Shown one piece after another: positions 44,848-54,007 of a DNA stretch of 60,755 bases. The notes beneath the pieces were generated by a model. The model did not search any database and had not been told where the DNA came from. It saw only the letters and a program-made list of their open reading frames with translations. The stretch covers positions 1 through 60,755 of the IMG/VR virus record IMGVR_UViG_3300024518_001962, one strand, 5' to 3'. The DNA comes from a virus (taxonomy: Duplodnaviria > Caudoviricetes). Numbering within the stretch: position 1 is the stretch's first letter; every line of letters begins with the position of its first letter. Both the position numbers and the translations under genes were made by a program.

Positions 44848-45046
44848 CTTCTTCCCTCTCCTTGTTAGCCTCTCGGATTCTCTCCTCGAGATCTGCGATA
44901 AACTTCAATTCGCCCATAAGGCCACGATATTCTTCCATGGACTGAAGTTGATCGGTCATAAGCAGCGTGGCGATATCCTCTTTGCGTTCACTCATTTTTT
45001 CATTAACGATATGAACGTATGTACCGAAATCATCTATCGACATCAC
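44840..45046 (-). CDS. Conserved small protein upstream of GroES
   Basis: SMEEYRGLMGELKFIADLEERI. Confidence 0.65.
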   Translation of the reverse strand: MMSIDDFGTYVHIVNEKMSERKEDIATLLMTDQLQSMEEYRGLMGELKFIADLEERIREANKEREEDG

Positions 45047-45156
45047 GGTTTCCTTGCGCGAAGTTTGTGGTCTTTGTTGTAGACCTTATTCACGGGCTTC
45101 TTTGGCTTTGGCTTTTCACCTTTCCCTTTCGGGCTTTTGGTTATCTGTTTTGACAT
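45043..45156 (-). CDS. 37-aa basic peptide (not in ORF track)
   Basis: MSKQITKSPKGKGEKPKPKKPVNKVYNKDHKLRARKP; fills gap after portal. Confidence 0.35.
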   Translation of the reverse strand: MSKQITKSPKGKGEKPKPKKPVNKVYNKDHKLRARKP

Positions 45157-45163
45157 CGAGCTT

Positions 45164-47605
45164 CTATTCACCACCACCTCCAGTCGGCCTCATTGCGGCG
45201 ATCTTCTCCGAACTATCAAGGCGATCCTCCGTCTGATCTTCGCTTGAAGCTATACGCTCTCTCGCAACTTCAGTTCTCTGGTCAGAGGCATGACGAGAGG
45301 TATCATCACGCCTGAATCCAAGGATGTCGGCCGCCTGACCGCGCTGACGATCAAAATCAAGTCTGGCCGCTTTATCTTTCTGGTCATTCACTAATTTTGT
45401 GGATTGAAGCGCGAGTTCCTGTTTGCGAATAGTAACGAGCGGATCTTCCTCATTTCCGGCCCCAGCCTCCTCCCTTACCTTGGCGTATTCCTGAATATAC
45501 TTGGACACTCTATTGCAAATGGCATCCTGTTTTTTCTGGTTCAATTCGATTGCGGCCGGATCTTGCAGTTCAGGATCCATCTCCCCGATAAGTTCAGTTT
45601 GATCCTTGAATTCTTCTTCAGTTTCCTCGGTAGCCCTCATGGAGATGTGTTCGAATATATGAGATTCAAATCCAAGCTGAACTACCGGGTTGACCATGGA
45701 CGGAAGTGACATCGTGGCAATATGCGTGTCGATATGAAGGGCATGATTCTGCCCCTTAAATGCCTGCATCGGTTCGCCGGTAAGGGCCTCAGAAGCTTCC
45801 GTAGCAGGATCCTTTGGTTGCGGCTCTTCCATGGGAGGCAGGATGGAATCGATATCCTGAACACCAAGCGCAGCGTACATTCGCCTGAGGGCCTCATACA
45901 TGCCCTTCTTGCCATGGAGTTCTGGTGCTGACGTTACAATCTGGAGTTGTGTTTGCGCCCTTGAGATGCGCTGCGTCATCGAGAAGATATTCGGATCGCT
46001 GACAGGAAGGATGTCTACCCTGGCATCAAAATCCTCGACCAATATATCTCTGCGTTTACCCGGAACATCATAGGGATATTCGGTTTGGTTTTCTTGGATG
46101 ATACGAGCGAGAATTCGAAGGTCATTTTTCTGGGCACGATGAAGTCTCTTGTGAACACCAGACATTACCTTCATGCCCTGCTCGATCAGTGCAACTGTGG
46201 TGCCCACGGGCGCCTGCTGATTCGAATCGGCGATCTTCTCGTTCGTGGTGGCAGCAAATTCATTCCCAGAATCAACAATCATCCCAAGGAGGGCCACCAA
46301 AGTGTTTGACGGTTCTTTAAATGGAAGGGGAATGATCTGATCTCTCAGGTTTCCGCCAGGGACATCGACATCCCTGAACTCACCTGGCTTGAGAGGTTCA
46401 TTGTCGCCCCGAATGCGCATTCCCTTGGCTTTAAATCCAGCAGGTAAATTATGAAACACACCTGCATCAATTAGCATCCTGAGAAGCGCAGTTGCGGTGA
46501 TCGAGAGGTTCCCGATCATGTGCGTTAAACCAAAGCCATAAAATCCGGTACCCGGCAGGAATTTGTAATGCGCGAAATAATCCTTCCTTCGCTTTCTCTC
46601 GTCATTCTCGTTCCAGTTTCGGCGAATCGCTAAAACCTTTTCGGTTTCCTCTTCGATTGACACGATATAAGGAACGCCAACACCCATGGACTCTTCTTCG
46701 AATCCATCGAGTTCCATGGTGACATGAACTTCGAAGACGATATATTCATCTCGTTCTTGTGAATTCGCCTCGACTCCCTCTATCTTGGCCTGCTTTACCT
46801 CAAGTTCGGATTCTGTTTTCTCGCCAGGTTCACCCAGATCGACATCACGATAGAACCCAGAGAGCATCATTTGCTTCATGTTATTTGTTTTTACTGGAAC
46901 GGCATGCGCAAACCTTGGCGTGGTGTTCAGATCGCCTGCCGTGTAGGGAGCGATAATATCCTTGGCAGCAACAAATTTAGATGCTGGCCGGCCAAGGAGT
47001 TCGTCCCAGTAGGTTTTCTTGAATGCGGAACCATCGATGGGAAGCTTGAAAAGAAGATTATCGAACTCTTCCTCGTACTCTTCCATGTCTTCTGTTACTT
47101 CGTAATTCATGTGCTTCTTGACGCGCTCTGCTTGTTGAATAACTTCTACCGATGCATCTCCGGCTACCTGATACTTTACTGGCCCACCCGCGGGAAAGAG
47201 CTCGCCATAGGCTTGAGCCTGGAACTGAACTACCGCTTTGGCGAGGAGGGGATGAACAACACCGGACGCACCCTCGAAAAGATCGCTACTTTCCTGATAC
47301 TTGGTACCAAGAAGCTCAAGCCCCTTTTCGAGGATCTGCTCCCAATCCTTACGTGATGTTTTGTCATCCTTGATGGATTTACAGAGGTCTACGGCTAAGG
47401 ATGTAAGTGCATCCTCGTCCATATGTTCGGCGAGATTTGCGTCATGCTCCTGGGAGGCCATGGCCGCCATGAGAGCTTCTTCGTCTATTTCTTCTTCAAG
47501 AGGCTCCTCTCCCTCGATCTCAAATTCAAGATCGCCTTCAGGAAGGATCTCTTCTTCGGTGTAGCCTCCGGGGAGGGATAGACCTGACTCAATCGCCACG
47601 GTCAA
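45164..47605 (-). CDS. Portal protein
   Basis: ANLAE...SRKDWE...GASGVVHPLL...GSAFKKTYWD...FLPGTGFYGFGL.H.IG...PVGTTVAL.E.G.KVMS.VHKRLH; follows TerL. Confidence 0.9.
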   Translation of the reverse strand: MTVAIESGLSLPGGYTEEEILPEGDLEFEIEGEEPLEEEIDEEALMAAMASQEHDANLAEHMDEDALTSLAVDLCKSIKDDKTSRKDWEQILEKGLELLGTKYQESSDLFEGASGVVHPLLAKAVVQFQAQAYGELFPAGGPVKYQVAGDASVEVIQQAERVKKHMNYEVTEDMEEYEEEFDNLLFKLPIDGSAFKKTYWDELLGRPASKFVAAKDIIAPYTAGDLNTTPRFAHAVPVKTNNMKQMMLSGFYRDVDLGEPGEKTESELEVKQAKIEGVEANSQERDEYIVFEVHVTMELDGFEEESMGVGVPYIVSIEEETEKVLAIRRNWNENDERKRRKDYFAHYKFLPGTGFYGFGLTHMIGNLSITATALLRMLIDAGVFHNLPAGFKAKGMRIRGDNEPLKPGEFRDVDVPGGNLRDQIIPLPFKEPSNTLVALLGMIVDSGNEFAATTNEKIADSNQQAPVGTTVALIEQGMKVMSGVHKRLHRAQKNDLRILARIIQENQTEYPYDVPGKRRDILVEDFDARVDILPVSDPNIFSMTQRISRAQTQLQIVTSAPELHGKKGMYEALRRMYAALGVQDIDSILPPMEEPQPKDPATEASEALTGEPMQAFKGQNHALHIDTHIATMSLPSMVNPVVQLGFESHIFEHISMRATEETEEEFKDQTELIGEMDPELQDPAAIELNQKKQDAICNRVSKYIQEYAKVREEAGAGNEEDPLVTIRKQELALQSTKLVNDQKDKAARLDFDRQRGQAADILGFRRDDTSRHASDQRTEVARERIASSEDQTEDRLDSSEKIAAMRPTGGGGE

Positions 47606-47672
47606 CTCCTTTGAAAGCTACCCCAGTTCTAGCTTTCTATATGTAAAATTAGTTTTCTCCTCAGCTTCTCTC

Positions 47673-49211
47673 TTAGCCGTAATAGGCCTTTCTACGCTTC
47701 CTTATAAACTTTTCTTCCTCATCTTCATAGTCGCTCGGATTAACAATAAACCCGCCTTCCCTGAATCTGAGCATAGCCTGTGTCACGCTGTCAACATAGT
47801 CATCATGATCACCATTCGGAAAGTCAGCACATTCCTCGATCACCTCGGTAGCAAAATTCTTATCCGGCGCCCACACCAACCCTGATTCAAATGTAGGTGA
47901 TACGCCATTTGCTCGCGCGATTTTATCTCTTCCGGTGGATGGATTGAATTTCACGACAGGAATTCCCATCGCGCGAAGCTCTTGAATGAGCGGCCCACCC
48001 GTAGCCTTGTTTTCAATGATCGTCATATCTGGATCCCACTTATTGTGTTCCCTGAGCGCAATTCGCTTCAATTCAGGGAAGTCCCAGCGGCCTTTCAGAG
48101 CATCCAGTAGGATAATATGCTCGGCTTTGTCGGTTTTCTCTCTTATTTCCCTTTTAAAGATTCCCCAGGTGGTAATTGCGCTGTAGTCGGCCGTTTCTTT
48201 GGCATCAAAGGCTGTATCGTAGGACTGGAGGATGTATTCCACCTTTGGTGGGTCGGGTTTTTCCCATTTTCGCCAATATTCGCGCTTTATGATGGCACCT
48301 TCCTCGGCCGTGGGGTTCTGCATGTACTCTGCAAGCCATTTTGAGGTACCAACGGAAGCTTTTGTCGCCAGAAGTTGATCGAGAGGCCAGTATGCCGGCC
48401 ACAACGAGCGTCCGGACTCCAAAATTGCCGGAAATTCGACTACTTCCCAAACATCTGCGTTCTCCTCGCCCATCGCTTCAAGCACACGAGCGGTCAAATC
48501 CTTCTTTGACCACCTCGTCATGACCAAAACGATAGCACCACCAGGCTGGAGCCTCTGACGAGGGCCACCTCGGTACCATTCGTAATGAGAGTCCATAACC
48601 GTAGGCGACATAGCGTGTTGCTCGGAGTGCGGATCGTCAACGATGAACAGATCGGCGCCGTGCCCGGCAATACTTGTGCCAACTCCCGCGGCGTAATACT
48701 CGCCACCCTGCGCAGTTGCCCAGACACCACGCGCCGTTCGGTCTGGAGAGAGGAATGTGTTCGGAAATAGGTTCAGATATTCTGGTTTTTTCACCAAATC
48801 ACGAACTTTACCACCAAATTTCAAGGAGAGCTCAGATGAGTGAGTGGCCTGCATGATGTAGCCACCCGGATTTTTCCCCAAAAAGAACGATGGAAGATAA
48901 ATCGAGGCAAATTCAGATTTGGTATGTCGCGGTGGCATATTGATGATCAGTCGTTTCAGGTCACCTGAGATAATCCTATCGAATTTCTCTGCTACGATTT
49001 CGTGGTGTGCGCCTGGAACGAACCCAGATCGAATACTTCCATCTTCATTATACATTGTTGGCCAGAGGTGCCTGACATAGGGAAGGAATTTATTTCTGGC
49101 AAGATCTAGCTTGTCTTCATGTTGAAGTTTTTCTGTAATATCCTGAACACGTTTGATTTCCACGTTCGACAGGAGATCTGGATTGTCAATAACAACATGA
49201 TCGGTCATCAA
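47673..49211 (-). CDS. terL: Terminase large subunit
   Basis: RLIINMPPRHTKSEF, GADLFIVDDPH, VMTRW, QSYDTAF...ADYSAITTWG, IENKATG, HDDYVDS. Confidence 0.97.
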   Translation of the reverse strand: MMTDHVVIDNPDLLSNVEIKRVQDITEKLQHEDKLDLARNKFLPYVRHLWPTMYNEDGSIRSGFVPGAHHEIVAEKFDRIISGDLKRLIINMPPRHTKSEFASIYLPSFFLGKNPGGYIMQATHSSELSLKFGGKVRDLVKKPEYLNLFPNTFLSPDRTARGVWATAQGGEYYAAGVGTSIAGHGADLFIVDDPHSEQHAMSPTVMDSHYEWYRGGPRQRLQPGGAIVLVMTRWSKKDLTARVLEAMGEENADVWEVVEFPAILESGRSLWPAYWPLDQLLATKASVGTSKWLAEYMQNPTAEEGAIIKREYWRKWEKPDPPKVEYILQSYDTAFDAKETADYSAITTWGIFKREIREKTDKAEHIILLDALKGRWDFPELKRIALREHNKWDPDMTIIENKATGGPLIQELRAMGIPVVKFNPSTGRDKIARANGVSPTFESGLVWAPDKNFATEVIEECADFPNGDHDDYVDSVTQAMLRFREGGFIVNPSDYEDEEEKFIRKRRKAYYG

Positions 49212-49240
49212 AGATCTTCTGATGCCGCAAAGGCGGCATC

Positions 49241-50938
49241 TTATTCAGAAAAGTCAGCCTCAGATCCAGCACCACTGTCATTATATCCGCCACCGCCACC
49301 TGGATAATTACTGTAAATCCAAGACAACTCCGAACCGTCTTCGTCATCGATTTCTGGAGTCCATCCTATTGGTGGAGCGTTGAATACCAATTCGCCAGTG
49401 ACATCATCTTCGTGTACTTTGTAGTAAGGATCGTCCTTAAGTCCAGGCACGGTCAGACGGCCATAACCGTTTTTCCTCTTTATAAAGTCCCTACCTGCAT
49501 CTTTATCTTCACCAAAGTTTGTGTCTCGATTCCATTCCCAATTCTCTTTTCCGACTCCGTACTTCGAATCAAGAACATTATTTACTCTGGTTGTCATTGA
49601 AATGAGATCGCTTTCGTCGTAACCAGACCCGCCATACTTACTAGAAAGTTCATTGAAGTCTTTCACCAGTTCAGGCTGATCCTCAAAGTCAGATCTGAAT
49701 ACACCCATGTCATTTACTGTCTCACGCCAGTTAAGGTGCGCTGGCGAAGTTGTGCTTTTCTCTTTGTTGGTCATCAGGTTGTGAGCAAGCAAGAGCGCAG
49801 CGGGAATTAGACCAACACCAGTTGACGCCATTGCGCCCATCCCACCCGCGGCGGCCATACCGGACGTTAAAGCACCAAGGCCGGAGGCACCGATATTCGC
49901 CATTGAACCTTTACCTGGCCCATTAATTAACTCAGAACCGATCGCCGCAACCGGGCCAGCATAAGCACCAAGGCCTAACCCCTGCCCGGCCGCCTGCATT
50001 GCGGTATTTGTCGCAACGCCCTCAAGAACATCCTTTTCATCACCACCGGCAAGCAGGCCAAGTCCTGCACTTAATCCGGCGCCTGATGCCAGACCACCAA
50101 AGTTAATGTTATCAAATGAAGGTGAACTGGTTCCCATCCACGCTTCGTTCCACGAGGAACCACCTGGCTCTACGTCAACGGCAGGATCTGCCGCTTCCCA
50201 GAGTTCATTCGGGTAGTCAATCCCCGGAGTGCCATACAAATCTTCTGTGCTTAAATTTTCAGGATCGCCAATTCCCGGCAATGCCCTCTCTTCGTATGCG
50301 ATAGACGGATCTACTTCATCAAAATAACCAGCATCCTCGTAATCAAATCCACTGCCAATACTTGATTCTTCAGTATCGATAGAAATATTCTTGGTTTCAG
50401 GTGGCCCGGTTAATTCATTCCACTGATCTTTAGCCCAATCGGCTGCCTCACCAAGACCTTCCGCTCCCACCTCTCCAGCGTAATTGAGAATCTCGTTGGG
50501 GCCACTTCCCCATCTCGTGTACTTGTCAGGGTTGAAGTCACCCACGAGATCGCCACCCGGAAGTGGAATGCCGCCAATAGATGCGTCTGGTGGCTCGTAA
50601 TTCTGAGCAAATGGCTGACCCACAATACCATTTCCATTGTCTTCTGGATTTTGGTTGTCATGAAGGAACATGTTGCCGCTCGGGACATTCACTCCAGTTG
50701 GATTGACGTTTCGGATGTTGGCCATATCAACGGTTGGCGTGTATCCACCAAGGGTGCCAAGATCACCTATCGACTCAAGGCCAACGGCACCGCCAGCGGC
50801 GTAGCCTTTCGGTTCGGCCGGGCCGTTGCCGCTCATTAAATCAAAAAACCGCTTCCTCGCTGTCATCGGAGGCGCAGGTAGGGGCTTCATTTCTTCCTGT
50901 TGCCCTTGCTGTCCCTGTTGTTGTGTTGGTTCCGTCAT
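49241..50938 (-). CDS. Putative internal virion protein (acidic, Gly/Ala hydrophobic core)
   Basis: GYAAGGAVGLESI motif; long GLASGAGLSAGLGLLAGG...LIPAALLLA segment. Confidence 0.6.
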   Translation of the reverse strand: MTEPTQQQGQQGQQEEMKPLPAPPMTARKRFFDLMSGNGPAEPKGYAAGGAVGLESIGDLGTLGGYTPTVDMANIRNVNPTGVNVPSGNMFLHDNQNPEDNGNGIVGQPFAQNYEPPDASIGGIPLPGGDLVGDFNPDKYTRWGSGPNEILNYAGEVGAEGLGEAADWAKDQWNELTGPPETKNISIDTEESSIGSGFDYEDAGYFDEVDPSIAYEERALPGIGDPENLSTEDLYGTPGIDYPNELWEAADPAVDVEPGGSSWNEAWMGTSSPSFDNINFGGLASGAGLSAGLGLLAGGDEKDVLEGVATNTAMQAAGQGLGLGAYAGPVAAIGSELINGPGKGSMANIGASGLGALTSGMAAAGGMGAMASTGVGLIPAALLLAHNLMTNKEKSTTSPAHLNWRETVNDMGVFRSDFEDQPELVKDFNELSSKYGGSGYDESDLISMTTRVNNVLDSKYGVGKENWEWNRDTNFGEDKDAGRDFIKRKNGYGRLTVPGLKDDPYYKVHEDDVTGELVFNAPPIGWTPEIDDEDGSELSWIYSNYPGGGGGYNDSGAGSEADFSE

Positions 50939-53235
50939 GCTGACATCCTCGATCTAAATGCAGATACCAGGCCGCCATTAGCAAACCTGAATGATTGATT
51001 TTTGCCTGTTGTGGTTCTCTTGCCAAATAACTCTTTCGTATCAGGCATCTTTTCTTTTAGCATATCCATCAGCGCCCTGAGTACACCTTGAGAATATATC
51101 ATTTTACCAGACTTGCCGGGTGCCCATGGAGAATTGAGATTTTCAAAGTCGCCAATATCAATTTCAATCTTCCCATTTCCTTTTCGGCGAAGGTCAAACC
51201 TGACATTAGTTTCGGGATCGTGTAGTCGTATTTCAGGATACTCACGATCACCCTTCATGAACTGCTGGAGTTCATATCCAAAACTTTCATCTTCGTTTTG
51301 TGGCTTGTAGTTTTCCTCAACCCTTCCAAGTAATGCCTCTGCTTTCATTCGATCTTTGTATTCCAGACTACCAAGGCCCTGCTCGGCAGGCTCGTTTCCG
51401 GTGACTGAGCGAATCGTGGGGTGGTTATTGAAACTTTTTAATATCTGAGCCTCTCTATGGAAACTTTCCTTGCCATCTATCTGTCGCACATAAAGCTCTT
51501 CGGGAGTGTAGATACCTTTTTCTTTATCCCACGTAAGGAATCCCTCAACATCCGCCTCATCCTCACCCTGCATTGGGATAGGTAGGCCAGAACCAAGTTC
51601 GGCCCTGCTGGGAAGTGTTCTACCCGCGGCAATTCTCGAGATGTCCTCGTGGATGGAATCTGAATGAGCGATAAAGATATCCCCTGATTGCGTCATGATA
51701 ACGCGCAAGTCATCCTGATTTTCGGATCCACGAAGGTGAGTTAGTTTCTTTCTGACAGTCTGGAGATCTACATTCTGCATCAGGAATGTTGGCTGCTCCG
51801 AATTATCCCTCGGGAACATTTTGGCCGTTCGACTGATTTGATTTAACGGGATGTCATGTACGCCAGACTCGCCTGGCTTAATTTTCAGGCCATCAAACTT
51901 CGATGGTCGAGGCGCCACAGGCCCGTGATCATATCCCGGCACAGGCCGATTTCCCGGTTCTGGTATTTCCCTGCCATTCCAGCCAGTAGCCTGAAGAGCT
52001 CCAAGACCGGCCGATGGCGTAGGCACGGGCATGGTTTCTCCCGTAGGCGTCATGGCTTGCGTTTGAGGTGTGAGTTTATCCTTGAAGGCATCAATAAGGC
52101 CACGGCCAGCCTGATATGCGCTGGGCACATTCTTGAACCTGTTAGCGCCCTCAAGGATGAATCGTGAGAGTGCCTCTGGCAAGCCCGGTGCATTGCCTGT
52201 GGCCCGGTTAATATTTGCCTGCACCTTCGTTCTCGTGGTGGATTGCAGATTCGGATTTACCTTTGGCTGCCCATCCTCGTACAGGACGCGAGGATCGGAG
52301 AACAGCGGATCCGGCTCAATGTCATCCTCCACCAGGCCGCCACTGGCGTAGCCCATGGACTCATCACCACCACTGACGGCTGGCAGGCCTCCTGTCCGGT
52401 CATCGATTTTTTGTCTGGCCATGTCGAATATGATCGAGGCCTTGCCTACCAATTCGTCAACCCGATCCTTAAATTTCTGATCCTCTTTCGTCCACTCTTC
52501 AGGGTGAAGCTCGTCAGCGTGATAACTCGTGCTTGCATCGAATTTCCACTTATCCTTCAGGAAACTTAAAACTTCCTCTTCAACCGCCTCGTCACCCGGT
52601 TGGGCCATTAATTCCATTACACGGATGAGTTCTTCGTTTTTCTTGCTTACATAAGAGGGCCTGTAACTCACATCAAAATCGTTATTGATTCTTTCCCACT
52701 TACCCTCCACCTCATCTGAATTGGCGAAGTCGCTGTAGTTAGGAACAAGGCTATCGATATATTCCGTGATGCCTGGATCATTTCCGGCGCCCATGTGCGC
52801 ATGCTCGTGCCCTGTGGTTGATCTCGCTAGATTGAAGTCAGGGCGATAGTCAGGATCGTCTAATCGCTGAAACTCAGTCCTATCAACCCACTTACCTGTC
52901 TTGGGATGTTTTGTGTACCTTTTCGTGGGCACGTTACTTTCGTCTGAAACGTCAGGGATTTTTTCCCGTTCATCGAAAACGGCCGTGTACTCGTTCATAC
53001 TTTCGGACTTGAAGAGCTCAGGGTTTTCCTTCAGCAATTTTCGATACATCTTCTGGCGGATGCCGCCACGCTTTGCGCCCTTTTTAATGTCTTTCGGAGT
53101 TGTAACCATACCAGCGTAATTGGTGTTCTTGAATCCATAGTTGTGGCGTTTGGGATTCCAGCCAAGTCTGGCCAGGGGGTGTTCGGCGAGGTAAGAACCC
53201 ATCTTCTTGTTCAGCAAAACTTCAGGAGAGGGCAT
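50935..53235 (-). CDS. Large multidomain protein with HExxH zinc-peptidase motif, putative virion cargo
   Basis: STTGHEHAHMG (52795-52809) with downstream NEELIR; GYASGGLV and C-terminal FANGGLV. Confidence 0.6.
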   Translation of the reverse strand: MPSPEVLLNKKMGSYLAEHPLARLGWNPKRHNYGFKNTNYAGMVTTPKDIKKGAKRGGIRQKMYRKLLKENPELFKSESMNEYTAVFDEREKIPDVSDESNVPTKRYTKHPKTGKWVDRTEFQRLDDPDYRPDFNLARSTTGHEHAHMGAGNDPGITEYIDSLVPNYSDFANSDEVEGKWERINNDFDVSYRPSYVSKKNEELIRVMELMAQPGDEAVEEEVLSFLKDKWKFDASTSYHADELHPEEWTKEDQKFKDRVDELVGKASIIFDMARQKIDDRTGGLPAVSGGDESMGYASGGLVEDDIEPDPLFSDPRVLYEDGQPKVNPNLQSTTRTKVQANINRATGNAPGLPEALSRFILEGANRFKNVPSAYQAGRGLIDAFKDKLTPQTQAMTPTGETMPVPTPSAGLGALQATGWNGREIPEPGNRPVPGYDHGPVAPRPSKFDGLKIKPGESGVHDIPLNQISRTAKMFPRDNSEQPTFLMQNVDLQTVRKKLTHLRGSENQDDLRVIMTQSGDIFIAHSDSIHEDISRIAAGRTLPSRAELGSGLPIPMQGEDEADVEGFLTWDKEKGIYTPEELYVRQIDGKESFHREAQILKSFNNHPTIRSVTGNEPAEQGLGSLEYKDRMKAEALLGRVEENYKPQNEDESFGYELQQFMKGDREYPEIRLHDPETNVRFDLRRKGNGKIEIDIGDFENLNSPWAPGKSGKMIYSQGVLRALMDMLKEKMPDTKELFGKRTTTGKNQSFRFANGGLVSAFRSRMSA

Positions 53236-53400
53236 AGGTCACCTAAAAGTAGCAGGCCCCCGGATATCCCCTACGAGGTGAAGGGTTTCTCCGGGGGCCT
53301 TGATATCAGGAACCGAATTAATAGACATTCCGGCAGCTACGCAACCGCCTGTCCAAAATTCGATGTGGAGTTCCTGATATATTTTCATGTCATTCCCTTT

Positions 53401-53478
53401 TGGTCGGAATGGCAGGATTCGAACCTGCGATTTCACGCTCCCAAAGCGTGTGCCTTGGCCAGACTAGGCTACACTCCG
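53401..53478 (-). tRNA. tRNA-Pro (TGG)
   Basis: CGGAGTG/CATTCCG acceptor, anticodon arm CACGC-TTTGGGA-GCGTG, GTTCGAATC T-loop, encoded CCA. Confidence 0.95.
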
Positions 53479-53479
53479 A

Positions 53480-53564
53480 TGGTGCGTTCGGCTGATTGTG
53501 ATGCTGGAGTCGAACCAGCTACCGGGGCTTGCATGCCCCTGCTCTGCCGTTGAGCTAATCACGC
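53480..53564 (-). ncRNA. Aberrant tRNA-derived RNA (6-nt anticodon loop, 12-nt insertion in 3' acceptor strand)
   Basis: GCGTGAT-TAGCTCAACGGCAGAGC-A-GGGGC ATGCAA GCCCC-GGTA-GCTGG TTCGACT CCAGC-ATCAC[AATCAGCCGAAC]GC-ACCA. Confidence 0.65.
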
Positions 53565-53737
53565 CCCATGCTTCCGCTGCCGCTTTCACATGGTTAATCC
53601 CTCTCGGGACTCACAGCCTACTAACATGGAAAATATAGGTCGAAAGGCTGATATACGTCAAGACGCAAAAATGGCCGGGAGAGTTATTTTCATCACACGC
53701 CCCCACGGCGGTTTCAGAAAGTTCTCCCGACCAAATT

Positions 53738-53923
53738 CTACTTACGCCCCTTTTTCTTCACCTTTTTCGCCCCGCCCACATAAGGCTTCATATTGTAGCC
53801 CACTGCGTGGTCGAGTCGCCCTTTGACGGCAGCCAGTGAGGCATACCGCTCAGGGGGTGCTGGTGGAGCGTTTACTGGTTTTGGAGGTGGCCCTCCTTGG
53901 GTCTTCGTTGCGCCTTTTCCCAT
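53738..53923 (-). CDS. Small basic protein
   Basis: SD AGGAG; ends YVGGAKKVKKKGRK. Confidence 0.55.
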   Translation of the reverse strand: MGKGATKTQGGPPPKPVNAPPAPPERYASLAAVKGRLDHAVGYNMKPYVGGAKKVKKKGRK

Positions 53924-54007
53924 TTACTACTCCTGATCGGATCTTGGCGCGGGACATCCGCGCTAAAGCATCCGATCAGGGTCAAAATAACGCATGTCCC
54001 TTCCTCC

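Noticed and set aside
53239-53436. 65-aa ORF overlapping tRNA-Pro
   Set aside because: The annotated start lies inside the tRNA and the 3' half is a hairpin; a shorter version from 53388 is possible but unsupported
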